From the NCBI GenBank assembly GCA_963675755.2, contig CAXXMD010000002.1, positions 2,385,405 to 2,449,404 of the forward strand: a stretch of 64,000 nucleotides of DNA. Reading direction: 5' to 3'. How positions within the stretch are numbered: the stretch's first letter is position 1; the number at the start of each line of letters is the position of its first letter. Of the stretch, positions 11,401 to 20,291 are shown piece by piece. Position numbers and translations under genes: made by a program. Origin of the DNA: a bacterium (GTDB taxonomy: Bacteria > Zhuqueibacterota > Zhuqueibacteria > Residuimicrobiales > Krinioviventaceae). Below the pieces are notes generated by a model. It was not told the DNA's origin. It did no database searches and saw only the letters and a program-made list of their open reading frames with translations.

Positions 11401-12341
11401 GCGGACAATATGTCGGTGTACCCGAAGGTGGAGGCAACAACAGCGGTACAGCCAGCATTACTTTTCAGGTACCTTTTTCAGACACATATTATTTATGGGG
11501 CTTGGTAAACGCCCCAACAAGTAGTGAAGATTCATATATCATCAGTATTGATGGCGATAGAGACAGAATTTGGGATGTATTATACGAATCACATCCTGCT
11601 GAATGGACATGGGACCAGTTTGCAGAAAGAGGAACAGGTGCATTCGATGCTCCACAATATGATCCTGCAACGTTCCCGCTCTCAGCTGGTAGTTATACTT
11701 TGCAGATTACCAACCGTGAAGACGGCACATTGATCGATCAGATATTGATCACAAACGATCCGGATTTTGATCCGTCAAACACCAATCAGTCTGTAAGTTA
11801 TACTGTTCCGGCAGGTTATAGTACCATTGCGGTTCCACTCAAAAATACAGAAATTGTATATGCCAGCGATCTGGCTGTAGCAATAGAAAGTCAGTTGGGT
11901 GATAATACAGTAAACGGATTGTCATATTGGGATTCAGGTATGCAGCGATATGTCAGCTTTGCTCCACATCTCCCATCATTTTTACAGGGAACCAATTTTG
12001 AAATTCCATGTGGCATGCCTGTACTGGCAAACACAACTGTAAGCGGCACCTGGAACCTTGAAGGAGCATTAGAAGATATCTTTTATTCCCTTAGCGAAGG
12101 ATACAACCTGATTGCACTTGAACTGGATAAAGTGGATATAACAAATGCAAGTGAACTTGCAGCAGCAATTGAATCACAATTGGGTGAAAATACTGTTAAT
12201 GGTTTATCATATTGGAACGCAGAAACACAAAGGTGGGTAAGCTTTGCCCCACACTTGCCATCGTTCCTGCAAGGCACAAATTTCTCTACATCTCCCGGCC
12301 AATCATTCCTGGTGAATGTTTTGGTCAGTGGACAATTCTAA
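8484..12341 (+). CDS. Secreted heparinase II/III-like polysaccharide lyase with Ig-like (Big_5), carbohydrate-binding and duplicated C-terminal domains
   Basis: Signal peptide; DGYWYEG, HVHDDALHL, NQNLVIVN and YLVDFFR..YDWALHG motifs; DTTPPSIASTTPASGA Ig-like start; YIEAET..SGGQYV CBM-like segment. Confidence 0.8.
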   Translation: MEKRHTILLFAVAILIAFGGKVFSAKTAPVWVPSSIDTQSLLSQVSPYNSMTDTQLRSLLTTEGKTNSKNIDMVDIVYAYALLYQATDDIEYARKATVLLDRYAEVFPSWPTDYGGSRGYWMWWDNWFHRDLGWVAKHLAQAFDMTRYSSVYDSFASGTETDIYNLLKEIVKVDMGYTLYMFNSSGSRPMGYIIFGRVLEDPELVHLGYWYYNKMLHQSFGPDGYWYEGCYGYGNIAYWELSNDEYKYYLDGYSDPDGYTHVPFEEGLDPIRLDNVDYDAEFGTLFSRIDDILWSTALPDGNWPIMNETEAFPDGYNGTNPRDIKVILPESRLFHGVGHSAMAYGSGSTQTQARLDFSHAAAHVHDDALHLIYYAKGEEVLGGTGYVYQDRTWNADVRNQNLVIVNNSDQKTGYWTDYTNSPYIPDEGRQSGLPTTRPFPTSTNMHNNILLFEPGYKGNKAIQITEVDALDAYDHIGVDRYQRMLAMVNISGNDTYLVDFFRLKGGTQYDWALHGGHVSTIAPVHPGYSASTSLSMSSTSGSFGSISFQSSATTDKNWYGEFNYNGVINRFSMIGNSSTTVYKGRAPQSGKTSSGDQDYIVARRSASSSSDENFMVIHETYTGSPRVQSIEELTFDGDPGTAIGMKITIDNNTVDYIIHTLDEGPSYPEHVVSQENNLSMTGKFAHIRVTSGQVTWIQLVQGGSASFGSQSIASEDGDYSWRGTVNSVSRIENGSSENSFVVNQSLPSNGELDGKTVIVTWGNGWKWGYKIKSVSGNRIITDDEPGFDYSGGSVQMKFFPAGTYSGPVTFIIPGTAILDENGTITSTEGNAQLADTTPPSIASTTPASGAENVPMNSQISISFNESMNTSSVESAVSISPSITLNKSWSGNTLILTPAIDFNETTSYIVTVGSSAQDVSGNPLDGNGDGTGGDAFQLSFITSSPPEPVYLYIEAETATVVAPMQVLSDANASGGQYVGVPEGGGNNSGTASITFQVPFSDTYYLWGLVNAPTSSEDSYIISIDGDRDRIWDVLYESHPAEWTWDQFAERGTGAFDAPQYDPATFPLSAGSYTLQITNREDGTLIDQILITNDPDFDPSNTNQSVSYTVPAGYSTIAVPLKNTEIVYASDLAVAIESQLGDNTVNGLSYWDSGMQRYVSFAPHLPSFLQGTNFEIPCGMPVLANTTVSGTWNLEGALEDIFYSLSEGYNLIALELDKVDITNASELAAAIESQLGENTVNGLSYWNAETQRWVSFAPHLPSFLQGTNFSTSPGQSFLVNVLVSGQF
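11799..12338 (+). repeat. Two tandem ~90-aa C-terminal protein repeats
   Basis: AIESQLG(D/E)NTVNGLSYW...VSFAPHLPSFLQGTNF occurs twice. Confidence 0.9.
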
Positions 12342-12359
12342 ATATCACCTCCCCGGTAG

Positions 12360-12408
12360 GGCCAGTCGCAAAGTCGTTTTTTTCGATAGCGTGACTGGCC
12401 TTTTTTTA
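12360..12408 (+). terminator. Rho-independent terminator
   Basis: GGCCAGTCGC...GTGACTGGCC followed by T8. Confidence 0.8.
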
Positions 12409-12535
12409 TATCAAATTACAACATTGTAATTACAAAACCGAAAACAAGCTAAATTGTCCATCAAAATCGTTATAAAGCTGCACTTAAACCCAAAAACAAG
12501 CCCTAAAGTCAATAATTAAATAGATTTATACCAAA

Positions 12536-12648
12536 TGTCCATAATAATGGACAAATAATAATAAGAATTTAATAAATTACTTGAAATTTTAAATAAATTG
12601 ACCACAAAAATGGACTTTGCATTTCATTTTTGTCCCCCAGAATGGACA
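12536..12648. promoter_or_regulatory. Three palindromic TGTCCA-N6-TGGACA sites, putative sigma54 enhancer (UAS)
   Basis: TGTCCATAATAATGGACA (12536), TGACCACAAAAATGGACT (12599), TGTCCCCCAGAATGGACA (12631); extra half-site at 12455. Confidence 0.7.
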
Positions 12649-12780
12649 AAAAATACATCATTTTAACATCAAGTCGATTAAAAACAATCACTTAGGCAAT
12701 TCCCGGGTAGCACAAACACCGCCACCACCGTAAACCTTTTAAAAACAACATATTGCAGCAAAAATTTTTCCTCTTATTTT

Positions 12781-12796
12781 TGGCACACAAGTTGAA
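12781..12796 (+). promoter_or_regulatory. Sigma54-type -24/-12 promoter (variant -12 TTGA)
   Basis: TGGCACACAAGTTGAA about 50 nt upstream of ATG 12846. Confidence 0.65.
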
Positions 12797-12845
12797 TATA
12801 GAGATAGTGAAAGCAACAAGAACCATCAATAAAGAGGAAATTGAA

Positions 12846-13862
12846 ATGTTTGCATACAATATGAAATCGACTAAAACCTGGCTCTTAATCAGCCTGACAC
12901 TGCTTATCGTTATGAGTGGTTTTGCAAATGCACAAGTTGCAAAAAATGTTTGGATGTATATTTATAATTCAGATGGCTCCGCACCTTCCACTGGCGATAT
13001 TAAAATCACTGCATACCTGCAAAAAAATCCATCGGACAAACTGATCTCATCCAATAGCGAAAATGGCTGGATTTATGACATTAACACCAAATGGGGTTTT
13101 TACCCAAACCCGGAAGATGCCGGCTCAACCAATGCAACTGTTGGTGACATTCTGGTTATTGAATGTCTGAATACCAGTGGCAATCAGTTTGATGGTGAAT
13201 TCAAAGCAATATCGGGAACCTTGAACGAAAACATGACACAACAATTTGGTAGCAATAATTTTTCACTTCCCGTTGAATTGGCAAATTTTAAAGCAAATGT
13301 TGATCAGGGTATTGTTAACCTTGAATGGAGCACCGAGTCTGAAACTATCAACCTTGGCTTTAACATTTACCGCAGCGAAGCTGGAAAAAATGATTATCAA
13401 AAAATTAATACCACACTGATTCCAGGATCAGGCACCACCACAGAAAAACATTCTTATTCTTATAATGACGAAACTGCAGAATATGGAAAAACATATAGCT
13501 ACAAAATCCAGAATGTAGACTCTGACGGAAGCCAAAAATTCTACTCTTCACTTTCAGTAGAAATTGATTCTGAACAAGTACCAGCAAAATTTGATTTGTC
13601 ACAAAATTACCCAAATCCTTTTAATCCGGTAACTACTATTAATTACAGTCTTGCTGAAAACAGTGATGTTACTCTCACTATTTTCAACACCCTGGGTGAA
13701 GTAGTAAACGTACTGGTAAATGAATCTCAAACTGCAGGCAGCTATAACGTAACCTGGAACGGCCTTTCAAGTGCCGGCACCAAAGTAGCTTCAGGAATGT
13801 ACTTTTACCAGATTCAGGCTGGTAACTTTAATCAAGTTAAAAAGATGATGTTGTCCAAATAA
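12846..13862 (+). CDS. Secreted protein with FlgD/T9SS type A-like C-terminal sorting domain
   Basis: GAGG RBS before ATG 12846; signal peptide; FSLPVELANF linker; LSQNYPNPFNP...SGMYFYQI...KKMMLSK tail. Confidence 0.88.
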   Translation: MFAYNMKSTKTWLLISLTLLIVMSGFANAQVAKNVWMYIYNSDGSAPSTGDIKITAYLQKNPSDKLISSNSENGWIYDINTKWGFYPNPEDAGSTNATVGDILVIECLNTSGNQFDGEFKAISGTLNENMTQQFGSNNFSLPVELANFKANVDQGIVNLEWSTESETINLGFNIYRSEAGKNDYQKINTTLIPGSGTTTEKHSYSYNDETAEYGKTYSYKIQNVDSDGSQKFYSSLSVEIDSEQVPAKFDLSQNYPNPFNPVTTINYSLAENSDVTLTIFNTLGEVVNVLVNESQTAGSYNVTWNGLSSAGTKVASGMYFYQIQAGNFNQVKKMMLSK

Positions 13863-13895
13863 TTTTGCATAAAATATTAAATTTCATTCCTCTAC

Positions 13896-13928
13896 CCCTC
13901 ACAGTTGCAATTGTGAGGGGTTTTTTTA
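13896..13928 (+). terminator. Rho-independent terminator
   Basis: CCCCTCACAG-TTGCA-ATTGTGAGGGG followed by a T-run. Confidence 0.85.
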
Positions 13929-14012
13929 TTTATATCAAAAACTGCTTTTCTCTTTATATTAATTATTATACATTTCATTATATATCTCTTTTACCAAATT
14001 TTCAGGTTTGTT

Positions 14013-16517
14013 ATGATTAATATAAAATATATATATGTACTCGTATTATTCCTGTTTTTCATCTCATCTTTTTCCAACCTTTATTCACAATCTCACCCTA
14101 TATGGCAACCTCCGGATGAATTTCAGGCAGTTAGTCCGGATTTTGACGACTATGTGAACCTTTCAGAAACAGAACTACGAAACTATATAGACACACGGGG
14201 TATTCAAAATTCTACCAATGCAGATATGGCGTATGTGGTATACGATTTTGCAGCACTCTATTATATTACCGGTGATATGGATTACGCTTACAAATCAGCA
14301 ATATTGTTGGATGAATACGCAAATGTATTTTCACAATGGCCCCGAAACATTGGTGTTACCCGGGGATACTATATGTGGTGGGATGACTGGTATCATCGTG
14401 ATTTGGGATGGGTTGCAAGGTATCTCCCCCAGGGATATGACATTATCGCAAACAGTGGTGTTTATGAACAAAACGCATCATTGAGCAAAACTAAAATCCT
14501 TGAATTATTTAGAGATATAATAAATGTTGATTTGCAATATCCAATATTCATGTTTAATTCAGCCGGTACAAGACCATTGGGATTAATGATATTTGCACGC
14601 GTATTGAATGATCCGGAACTGGCGCATTTGGCATACTGGTATTACAACAAAATGCTACATGAAAGTTATACCTATGACGGATTTTGGTACGAAGGCGCCT
14701 ATGATTATATGGCTATTGTTACCAGAGCCCTTTTGAGCAGCAACTATAAAAAATATTTCAATGGGTACACTGACCCTGCGGATTTTACAAGCCATATTCC
14801 CTATGAAAAATGGGACACTCCACGGTTAGAAAATTTAGATATGGATGAACGGTTCAAACTCATTTACAATCGTATGAATGAAACGCTGTGGAACTCGGCC
14901 ATGCCCAATGCAACCTGGCCGGTAATTAACGAAACCTCTCCCTACCCTATCGGATACAATGGAGACAATCCCAATTATATCAAAAACATATTATCGGGGT
15001 CCAAGCTATATGGCGGTTTTGGACATGCTGCTTTGGCATCCGGCAGCGGACCTGACCAAACACAAGCCAGACTCGATTTTTCCCCGGCATTCAGTCATTA
15101 CCATCGGGATGCATTACATCTCATCTATTTCAGCAAACAATACGAAACCGTTGGAGGCACTGGTTATGTTTACAGCAACAGGGTCTGGAACCGGTCAACA
15201 TTAAATCAAAACCTTGTTGTTATTGACGGCACTGAACAGACAGCCGATTATTGGACAGATTTTGTAGACTCGCCATACACACCGGAAAATGGCAGAACCA
15301 CAACAGAACTGGAATCGGTTGATTTTCCAGAAACCAATATACATAACAATATTGTTCTTTTTGAGACCGAATTTCAAAACTTTAATAATGTTCAAATAGT
15401 TGAAGTAGATGCAGCCAATGCCTATCAAAACATTCCGGCTAAAACATATCAACGCATGCTTTCACTTGTAGATATTGATGAAACCCATTCGTATCTTGTG
15501 GATTTTTTCTATGCTCAAGGGGGTACACAGTATGACTGGATGCTGCATGGTGGGCATCATGATTACCAGATTGAACCAATAAACAGCATGCACTCTGCTT
15601 CAGGTAATTTTGGCAGAATATCCATAGAGCAGCAAACAAGTTCATTTTCTCAATGGCAGGCGGATCTGGTTTATGGTTCTGCAACGCATAGATTAACATT
15701 GTTGAATAATGGACAAACAGAAATTTTTACCGGGAGCGCACCTGGTTCACGCCAAAACGAAGGAAATCAGCAGTATTTAATTGCCAGAAAATCCGCTACC
15801 GCGAATGAATTGACCGGCTATTATGCAGTTCACCAGACCTTTGATCAGAGCAGTGCAATACAGAGCATTAATCCATTGGCACCTGTTATTAAAAATGAGG
15901 GTGTTTATGGTGTTCAAATAAATATGGCAGGTAAAACCGATTATATTATCCATTCCCTGAATCCCGAGGTAGATACATTTAACCAATTTATCATTAATAA
16001 TCAGAAATTAGAGTTTAATGGTAAATTCATGCACATGAGATTCAATGGTAATGATATTGAATGGATATACAGTCTTGATGGTACGGTTATGTTTCCGGGA
16101 CATGACATCCCCTTCCTTAAAGCTAACGCATTTCATGGAAATGTTTTGGATGTGCTTCGCCTGGAAGGTGGCGATTCCATGAATGCATTTGTTACAGATA
16201 TAGATCTGCCCAACAATGCATTGCTGGCAGGCAAAACTATAATTGTAAAATGGGGTAATGGATGGACATGGGGATACAAGATTCAATCAGTAAATGGTAA
16301 TGTCATTACAACAATTGAAGAACCGGGTTTTAACATTAAACAAGGCCAGGTAGAAATGCATTACTGTCCTGCGGGAACATATCCGGGACCGGTAACCTTT
16401 TATATTACCGGAACCGCTTTATACAACAACGGAAAAATCACAACAACCAATCCCATATCGAATGATACCACCCCGCCAAAAACTCCGAGCATAAAATCTA
16501 TAAACATTGTTGAATAA
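14013..16517 (+). CDS. Secreted heparinase II/III-like polysaccharide lyase, paralog of 8484..12341
   Basis: Signal peptide; blocks shared with the upstream gene (MWWD.W.HRDLGWVA, YWYYNKMLH, QTQARLDFS, WGNGW.WGYKI); lacks the accessory C-terminal domains. Confidence 0.82.
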   Translation: MINIKYIYVLVLFLFFISSFSNLYSQSHPIWQPPDEFQAVSPDFDDYVNLSETELRNYIDTRGIQNSTNADMAYVVYDFAALYYITGDMDYAYKSAILLDEYANVFSQWPRNIGVTRGYYMWWDDWYHRDLGWVARYLPQGYDIIANSGVYEQNASLSKTKILELFRDIINVDLQYPIFMFNSAGTRPLGLMIFARVLNDPELAHLAYWYYNKMLHESYTYDGFWYEGAYDYMAIVTRALLSSNYKKYFNGYTDPADFTSHIPYEKWDTPRLENLDMDERFKLIYNRMNETLWNSAMPNATWPVINETSPYPIGYNGDNPNYIKNILSGSKLYGGFGHAALASGSGPDQTQARLDFSPAFSHYHRDALHLIYFSKQYETVGGTGYVYSNRVWNRSTLNQNLVVIDGTEQTADYWTDFVDSPYTPENGRTTTELESVDFPETNIHNNIVLFETEFQNFNNVQIVEVDAANAYQNIPAKTYQRMLSLVDIDETHSYLVDFFYAQGGTQYDWMLHGGHHDYQIEPINSMHSASGNFGRISIEQQTSSFSQWQADLVYGSATHRLTLLNNGQTEIFTGSAPGSRQNEGNQQYLIARKSATANELTGYYAVHQTFDQSSAIQSINPLAPVIKNEGVYGVQINMAGKTDYIIHSLNPEVDTFNQFIINNQKLEFNGKFMHMRFNGNDIEWIYSLDGTVMFPGHDIPFLKANAFHGNVLDVLRLEGGDSMNAFVTDIDLPNNALLAGKTIIVKWGNGWTWGYKIQSVNGNVITTIEEPGFNIKQGQVEMHYCPAGTYPGPVTFYITGTALYNNGKITTTNPISNDTTPPKTPSIKSINIVE

Positions 16518-16552
16518 AAAAAAGCCCGGTTATTAAACCGGGCTTTTTTTTA
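16516..16552. terminator. Bidirectional Rho-independent terminator
   Basis: A-run, GCCCGGTT-ATTA-AACCGGGC, T-run, between convergent genes. Confidence 0.88.
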
Positions 16553-16804
16553 TTTTGTATAAATCATTTTTTCTAACTTGAGTTACCTGGTTTGTGTCTA
16601 GCTTGTAGAAATACAATCCGGCAGAAACAGGATTCCCCATACCGTCTTTACCATCCCACATGTAGGAATAATATCCGATAGACTGCTGCTCATTGGCAAG
16701 CTGTATAACCAAATCACCAATTGCATTATAGACACTCAACCGTACATAAGAATCAGCACCCAATCTGTATCTGATCTGGGTTGAAGGATTGAAAGGATTG
16801 GGGG
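16550..16804 (-). pseudogene. Frameshift-separated FlgD/T9SS tail of the 17571 gene
   Basis: PNPFNPSTQIRY...WDGKD...SAGLYFYKL. Removing one base from G5 (16800-16804) and one from T6 (16567-16572) gives LLQNFPNPFNP...VRKMIYTK* with the stop at 16550. Confidence 0.85.
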
Positions 16805-17571
16805 AAATTTTGCAAAAGTTCATGTTTATCAGGAGTTGTATTATCATCTACAGTTATAGAAATAGATTGATGTTTGTATTTCTGTCCATTAATATCAACA
16901 GATTCCAAACTGTATGTATAACTCTCGCCGGCTTTTACGTTTGCATCAATATATTCATAAGAATGACTGCTGGTACTGGTACCTGCTCCATTAATGATAA
17001 TAGCGTTTAATTGAAATTCACTTTGGCCAGAAATGCTTTTGTAAATATTGAATCCCAGATTATTCAATTCTGCTTGGGTTGTCCAGGAAAGTACAACCTG
17101 ATTGGATTGTATTTTTGCCTGGAAAGACGACAGTTCAACAGGCAAAGAAAAATCATTAGCCCCAAATTGCTGAGGAGTTTCTGTACCTGTTCCTATTGCA
17201 TCAATGATTTGACCTGTTTCACCAAAATACGGGCTGCCTGAATTTGTGTTGGCGAAATTCAAAACAAGCAGATCGCCAGGATTTGCTGTGGTTGGGCCAC
17301 CAGTACCATTGGGATCATAACCCCACAATGCATCATCTTCTAAATTAAAAGTAAAACCATTGTTTATATTGCTAAAAATATAAGTTCCTGATGGATTTTT
17401 TTGAAGATAAGCAGTTATTGTGATATCTCCGGTCGTTGGAGCTGAGCCATCCGAGTTGTGAACATATCCCCACACAGTATAAGGAACAGCATGTACTGAT
17501 GAAAACAAACCAAATAGTAAAATTGCAATAAAAAATATTTGAAATAATCTTTCTTTATAACAAGATTTCAT
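16753..17571 (-). CDS. Secreted protein, paralog of 12846..13862; sorting tail lost by frameshift as given
   Basis: Signal peptide; VWGYVHNSDGSAPTTGDITITAYLQKNPS matches VWMYIYNSDGSAPSTGDIKITAYLQKNPS; FSLPVELSSF linker. Confidence 0.85.
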   Translation of the reverse strand: MKSCYKERLFQIFFIAILLFGLFSSVHAVPYTVWGYVHNSDGSAPTTGDITITAYLQKNPSGTYIFSNINNGFTFNLEDDALWGYDPNGTGGPTTANPGDLLVLNFANTNSGSPYFGETGQIIDAIGTGTETPQQFGANDFSLPVELSSFQAKIQSNQVVLSWTTQAELNNLGFNIYKSISGQSEFQLNAIIINGAGTSTSSHSYEYIDANVKAGESYTYSLESVDINGQKYKHQSISITVDDNTTPDKHELLQNFPQSFQSFNPDQIQIGC

Positions 17572-17630
17572 AATTTTACCTCAATTCATTATTATATATG
17601 AAAAAAACATATAATTTTATCCTAACTAAA

Positions 17631-17645
17631 TCAAATATTATGCCG
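17631..17645 (-). promoter_or_regulatory. Possible sigma54 promoter (variant -12 TTGA)
   Basis: CGGCATAATATTTGA on the minus strand, about 60 nt upstream of ATG 17571. Confidence 0.5.
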
Positions 17646-17897
17646 TTTTCAAATAATACACAAAAAAACAAGTATTTAATGATCAATTATGCGTATCATT
17701 TTCCTGGCAAAACCATTCCAGGAATCTAATAAAACATTGAATTAGGGTAATTATTTCCTTTTTTAACAACTCAAATGTAAACATGCTGATTAAAAATCAA
17801 AATCCTGGAGAAAAACAAAAATAAAGGCAATTGAGACAGAAATACCGGGTAAAAAGGTTGCAGTTTAGGAAGAATTTATTCTATAGGGTTAGAACAG

Positions 17898-18204
17898 CTA
17901 ATTCTTGTTATAATGATTGATAATTACGGGTCTTTTACCTGAAGCAAGCTTGGGGATTGTGTTTACATGTTTTATTTGGATATTTGCACCTTCTCCTATC
18001 AGTTTTGTTAGATTTTTTAGAATACCTGTCTTGTTATTAAAATCAGGTTTCACTATTAACAAAAGCTCAAAGTTTGTTTTATCATGTTGTATAAATTGAT
18101 ATTGTATGATCATTTCGCTATATTCACGAAATGCAAGTGCCTCAAAAATTGCAGCGGGATTCACCATACTTCCATCGATCGCTATAATATAATCATCTTT
18201 TCTT
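17898..18204 (-). pseudogene. C-terminal fragment of the CapK-like ligase, separated by a frameshift
   Basis: IIQYQFIQ...KLASGKRPVIIN matches the C-terminus of paralog 20292..21599; adding one G near 18205 restores IVGRKDDYI. Confidence 0.85.
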
Positions 18205-19219
18205 CAACAATCTTTTTAATGGCCGGCATTGGGGGATGACAAAGATCTTTTTCACCTACCCATTCAGCGAGATCTCCAATATCATAACGAATCAGAGGAA
18301 CAGCAAAAGAATAAAGATCGGTAATCACTATTCTACCAAGTTCACCGGGCTCGGCCGGCTCATCACTATCCAACTTTAATAATTCCAAATGATAGCTGGG
18401 GAAATTCACATGATAGTGTCCACATCGAATACATTCGTGAGCAAGCACACCCGTTTCCAATGTTGCATATCGATCATGGATATTGCAACCAATAACAGAT
18501 TTAAAAAGAGTCCGCATTGACTCTGTAATAACTTCCGCGCTGGTAACAATATTTGCCAGCGCAAATTTATCAGGGGTATCTCCCTTTTCCTGGCAATATG
18601 TAACCAGAGGCAAAAAACTGGACGGATAACAAACCATAAACTTGTGTTTTTTTGATAATAATATATTGCGTCCGTTTTCCAACCATTCTTCATTTATATT
18701 GGAAGGTATCAGCATAACACTGTTTTGCATAAATAGAGCAAGTTTACTTTTAGGATGAATTCGAATCTGCAGAAAAGGATCACCCAAAGTATATCCTGCC
18801 CTTTCATTGAAAAACAAGACTTCGGCATTTTGCCTTTTTAGTTTATTCTTTGTGAAATGAATTTTAAAAGGCTCTCCATATGATCCACTTGTGGAACGTG
18901 TAGGCAATTCATTCAGGTTGTATTGGGATGATAAAAATTGTTGATAATTTTCTCTTATTTGGTTCTTGGGGATTACCGGGAAATCATCAAGACTTTTATA
19001 ACCGGAAAATGATTTGTAAAATTGAGTGGTATTAACCGCGTGATCAAGGAGTTTTCTAGTCAACAGTGATGATTCTTTAACATGCTCATCAGGATTATTA
19101 AACTTTTTTTCAATATCTTTATAATTTTGCAGTAAAAATGAACCTTTGATAAAATCATGTAACAAAAACATATTTCGTCTTGGAGAAAAGAACGCCCTAT
19201 ATCCTTGTTGATTTTGCAT
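18182..19219 (-). CDS. Phenylacetate-CoA ligase-like / CapK family protein (frameshifted)
   Basis: STSGSYGEP, DRYATLETG, ITDLYSFAVPLIRYDIGD; AGGAG RBS before ATG 19219. Confidence 0.85.
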   Translation of the reverse strand: MQNQQGYRAFFSPRRNMFLLHDFIKGSFLLQNYKDIEKKFNNPDEHVKESSLLTRKLLDHAVNTTQFYKSFSGYKSLDDFPVIPKNQIRENYQQFLSSQYNLNELPTRSTSGSYGEPFKIHFTKNKLKRQNAEVLFFNERAGYTLGDPFLQIRIHPKSKLALFMQNSVMLIPSNINEEWLENGRNILLSKKHKFMVCYPSSFLPLVTYCQEKGDTPDKFALANIVTSAEVITESMRTLFKSVIGCNIHDRYATLETGVLAHECIRCGHYHVNFPSYHLELLKLDSDEPAEPGELGRIVITDLYSFAVPLIRYDIGDLAEWVGEKDLCHPPMPAIKKIVEEKMIIL

Positions 19220-19384
19220 ATTAACTCCTATTAAGAAGAGCAGGCCCAACACTACTCATTTAATATAAGAAATTCTTGTTATTACACAAGTTATATTCAC
19301 AGTTTTTCAAAATTGAATTGTGTAATCCATCGAGTTCAATAATTACAGTAACCTACAATATAGTGAAAGAACAGTTAGAAACTA

Positions 19385-20257
19385 TTACATCTTGGCACCA
19401 AAAGCTTTTTTCAGTATCACTTTTAACACCGGCTTCAGAACAGGGGTAATTTTGAAAAAAGCAGGGATTTGCACTTCATCAAAGGTTAAACTCTTTTTGT
19501 ATACACGCAAGCTATCTTTCATATGAGAGACCTGCCCATGGACCAGTGTATGAATGCCTGGTGATTTTTGACAAATTTTAATCATATGATAATGAAGCCC
19601 AATACTCAAATAACTGGGTAATGCAAATGTATGAAAATTTGCAGATTCCAAATAAGCTATCCCATCTACTGCAACAATTTCTATATACCCGCCCAGTCTG
19701 CCGTCAACAAATCCTGCAAGTACCAGATGATTATTCTTTCCATCATTAATGTAATTGCCACATTTGGGTAAATATGTATCTTTAGATTGGGTATTCATAC
19801 GCCCAATTCGATCACTACTGGTTTTATAAAGATCATAGCCCTCATTGTACAAAACATTCTTGTCCAAAAGTTCTACAAAGTCACACTTTTTAAAACTTCG
19901 TCTTATTTGGCTTCTACGGTTTGAAGACAAGTCGTCAATGCTGAAATTTTCAAGCTTTTCACCCGTCATCATATGCAAATGATAATTTATGTTTGCTTTA
20001 TCCTGATCTTTTAAAGACAATGCCGAACGTATACCCCAGGTAGTCAAATTGGGAAATTGGATTTGATTCAAATCATTTCTGGCAAACAAATGTGTTGTTT
20101 GATAAAATCCTTTTTTCACCTTTAACCAATACTGTCCATTTTTTTCAACAATTGGTTTATTCATAGAACGCAACCAATTGGCATATTCTTTTTCAGTAAA
20201 AGATACCAGCTCTACAGATTCTATATCTTTGTAAAGCAAATTATTTGGCAAACTCAT
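19385..20257 (-). CDS. Hypothetical protein, probable GNAT/FemAB-like fold
   Basis: LSSNRRSQIRRS and SLRVYKKSL resemble FemAB-type signatures; located in the polysaccharide locus. Confidence 0.55.
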   Translation of the reverse strand: MSLPNNLLYKDIESVELVSFTEKEYANWLRSMNKPIVEKNGQYWLKVKKGFYQTTHLFARNDLNQIQFPNLTTWGIRSALSLKDQDKANINYHLHMMTGEKLENFSIDDLSSNRRSQIRRSFKKCDFVELLDKNVLYNEGYDLYKTSSDRIGRMNTQSKDTYLPKCGNYINDGKNNHLVLAGFVDGRLGGYIEIVAVDGIAYLESANFHTFALPSYLSIGLHYHMIKICQKSPGIHTLVHGQVSHMKDSLRVYKKSLTFDEVQIPAFFKITPVLKPVLKVILKKAFGAKM

Positions 20258-20291
20258 ATCATACTACCATTTCTTATAAAAATCATGTTAA

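Noticed and set aside
17701-17724. Inverted repeat TTCCTGG-N10-CCAGGAA
   Set aside because: Single occurrence, no U-tract, and no match to the TGTCCA operator; no function can be supported.
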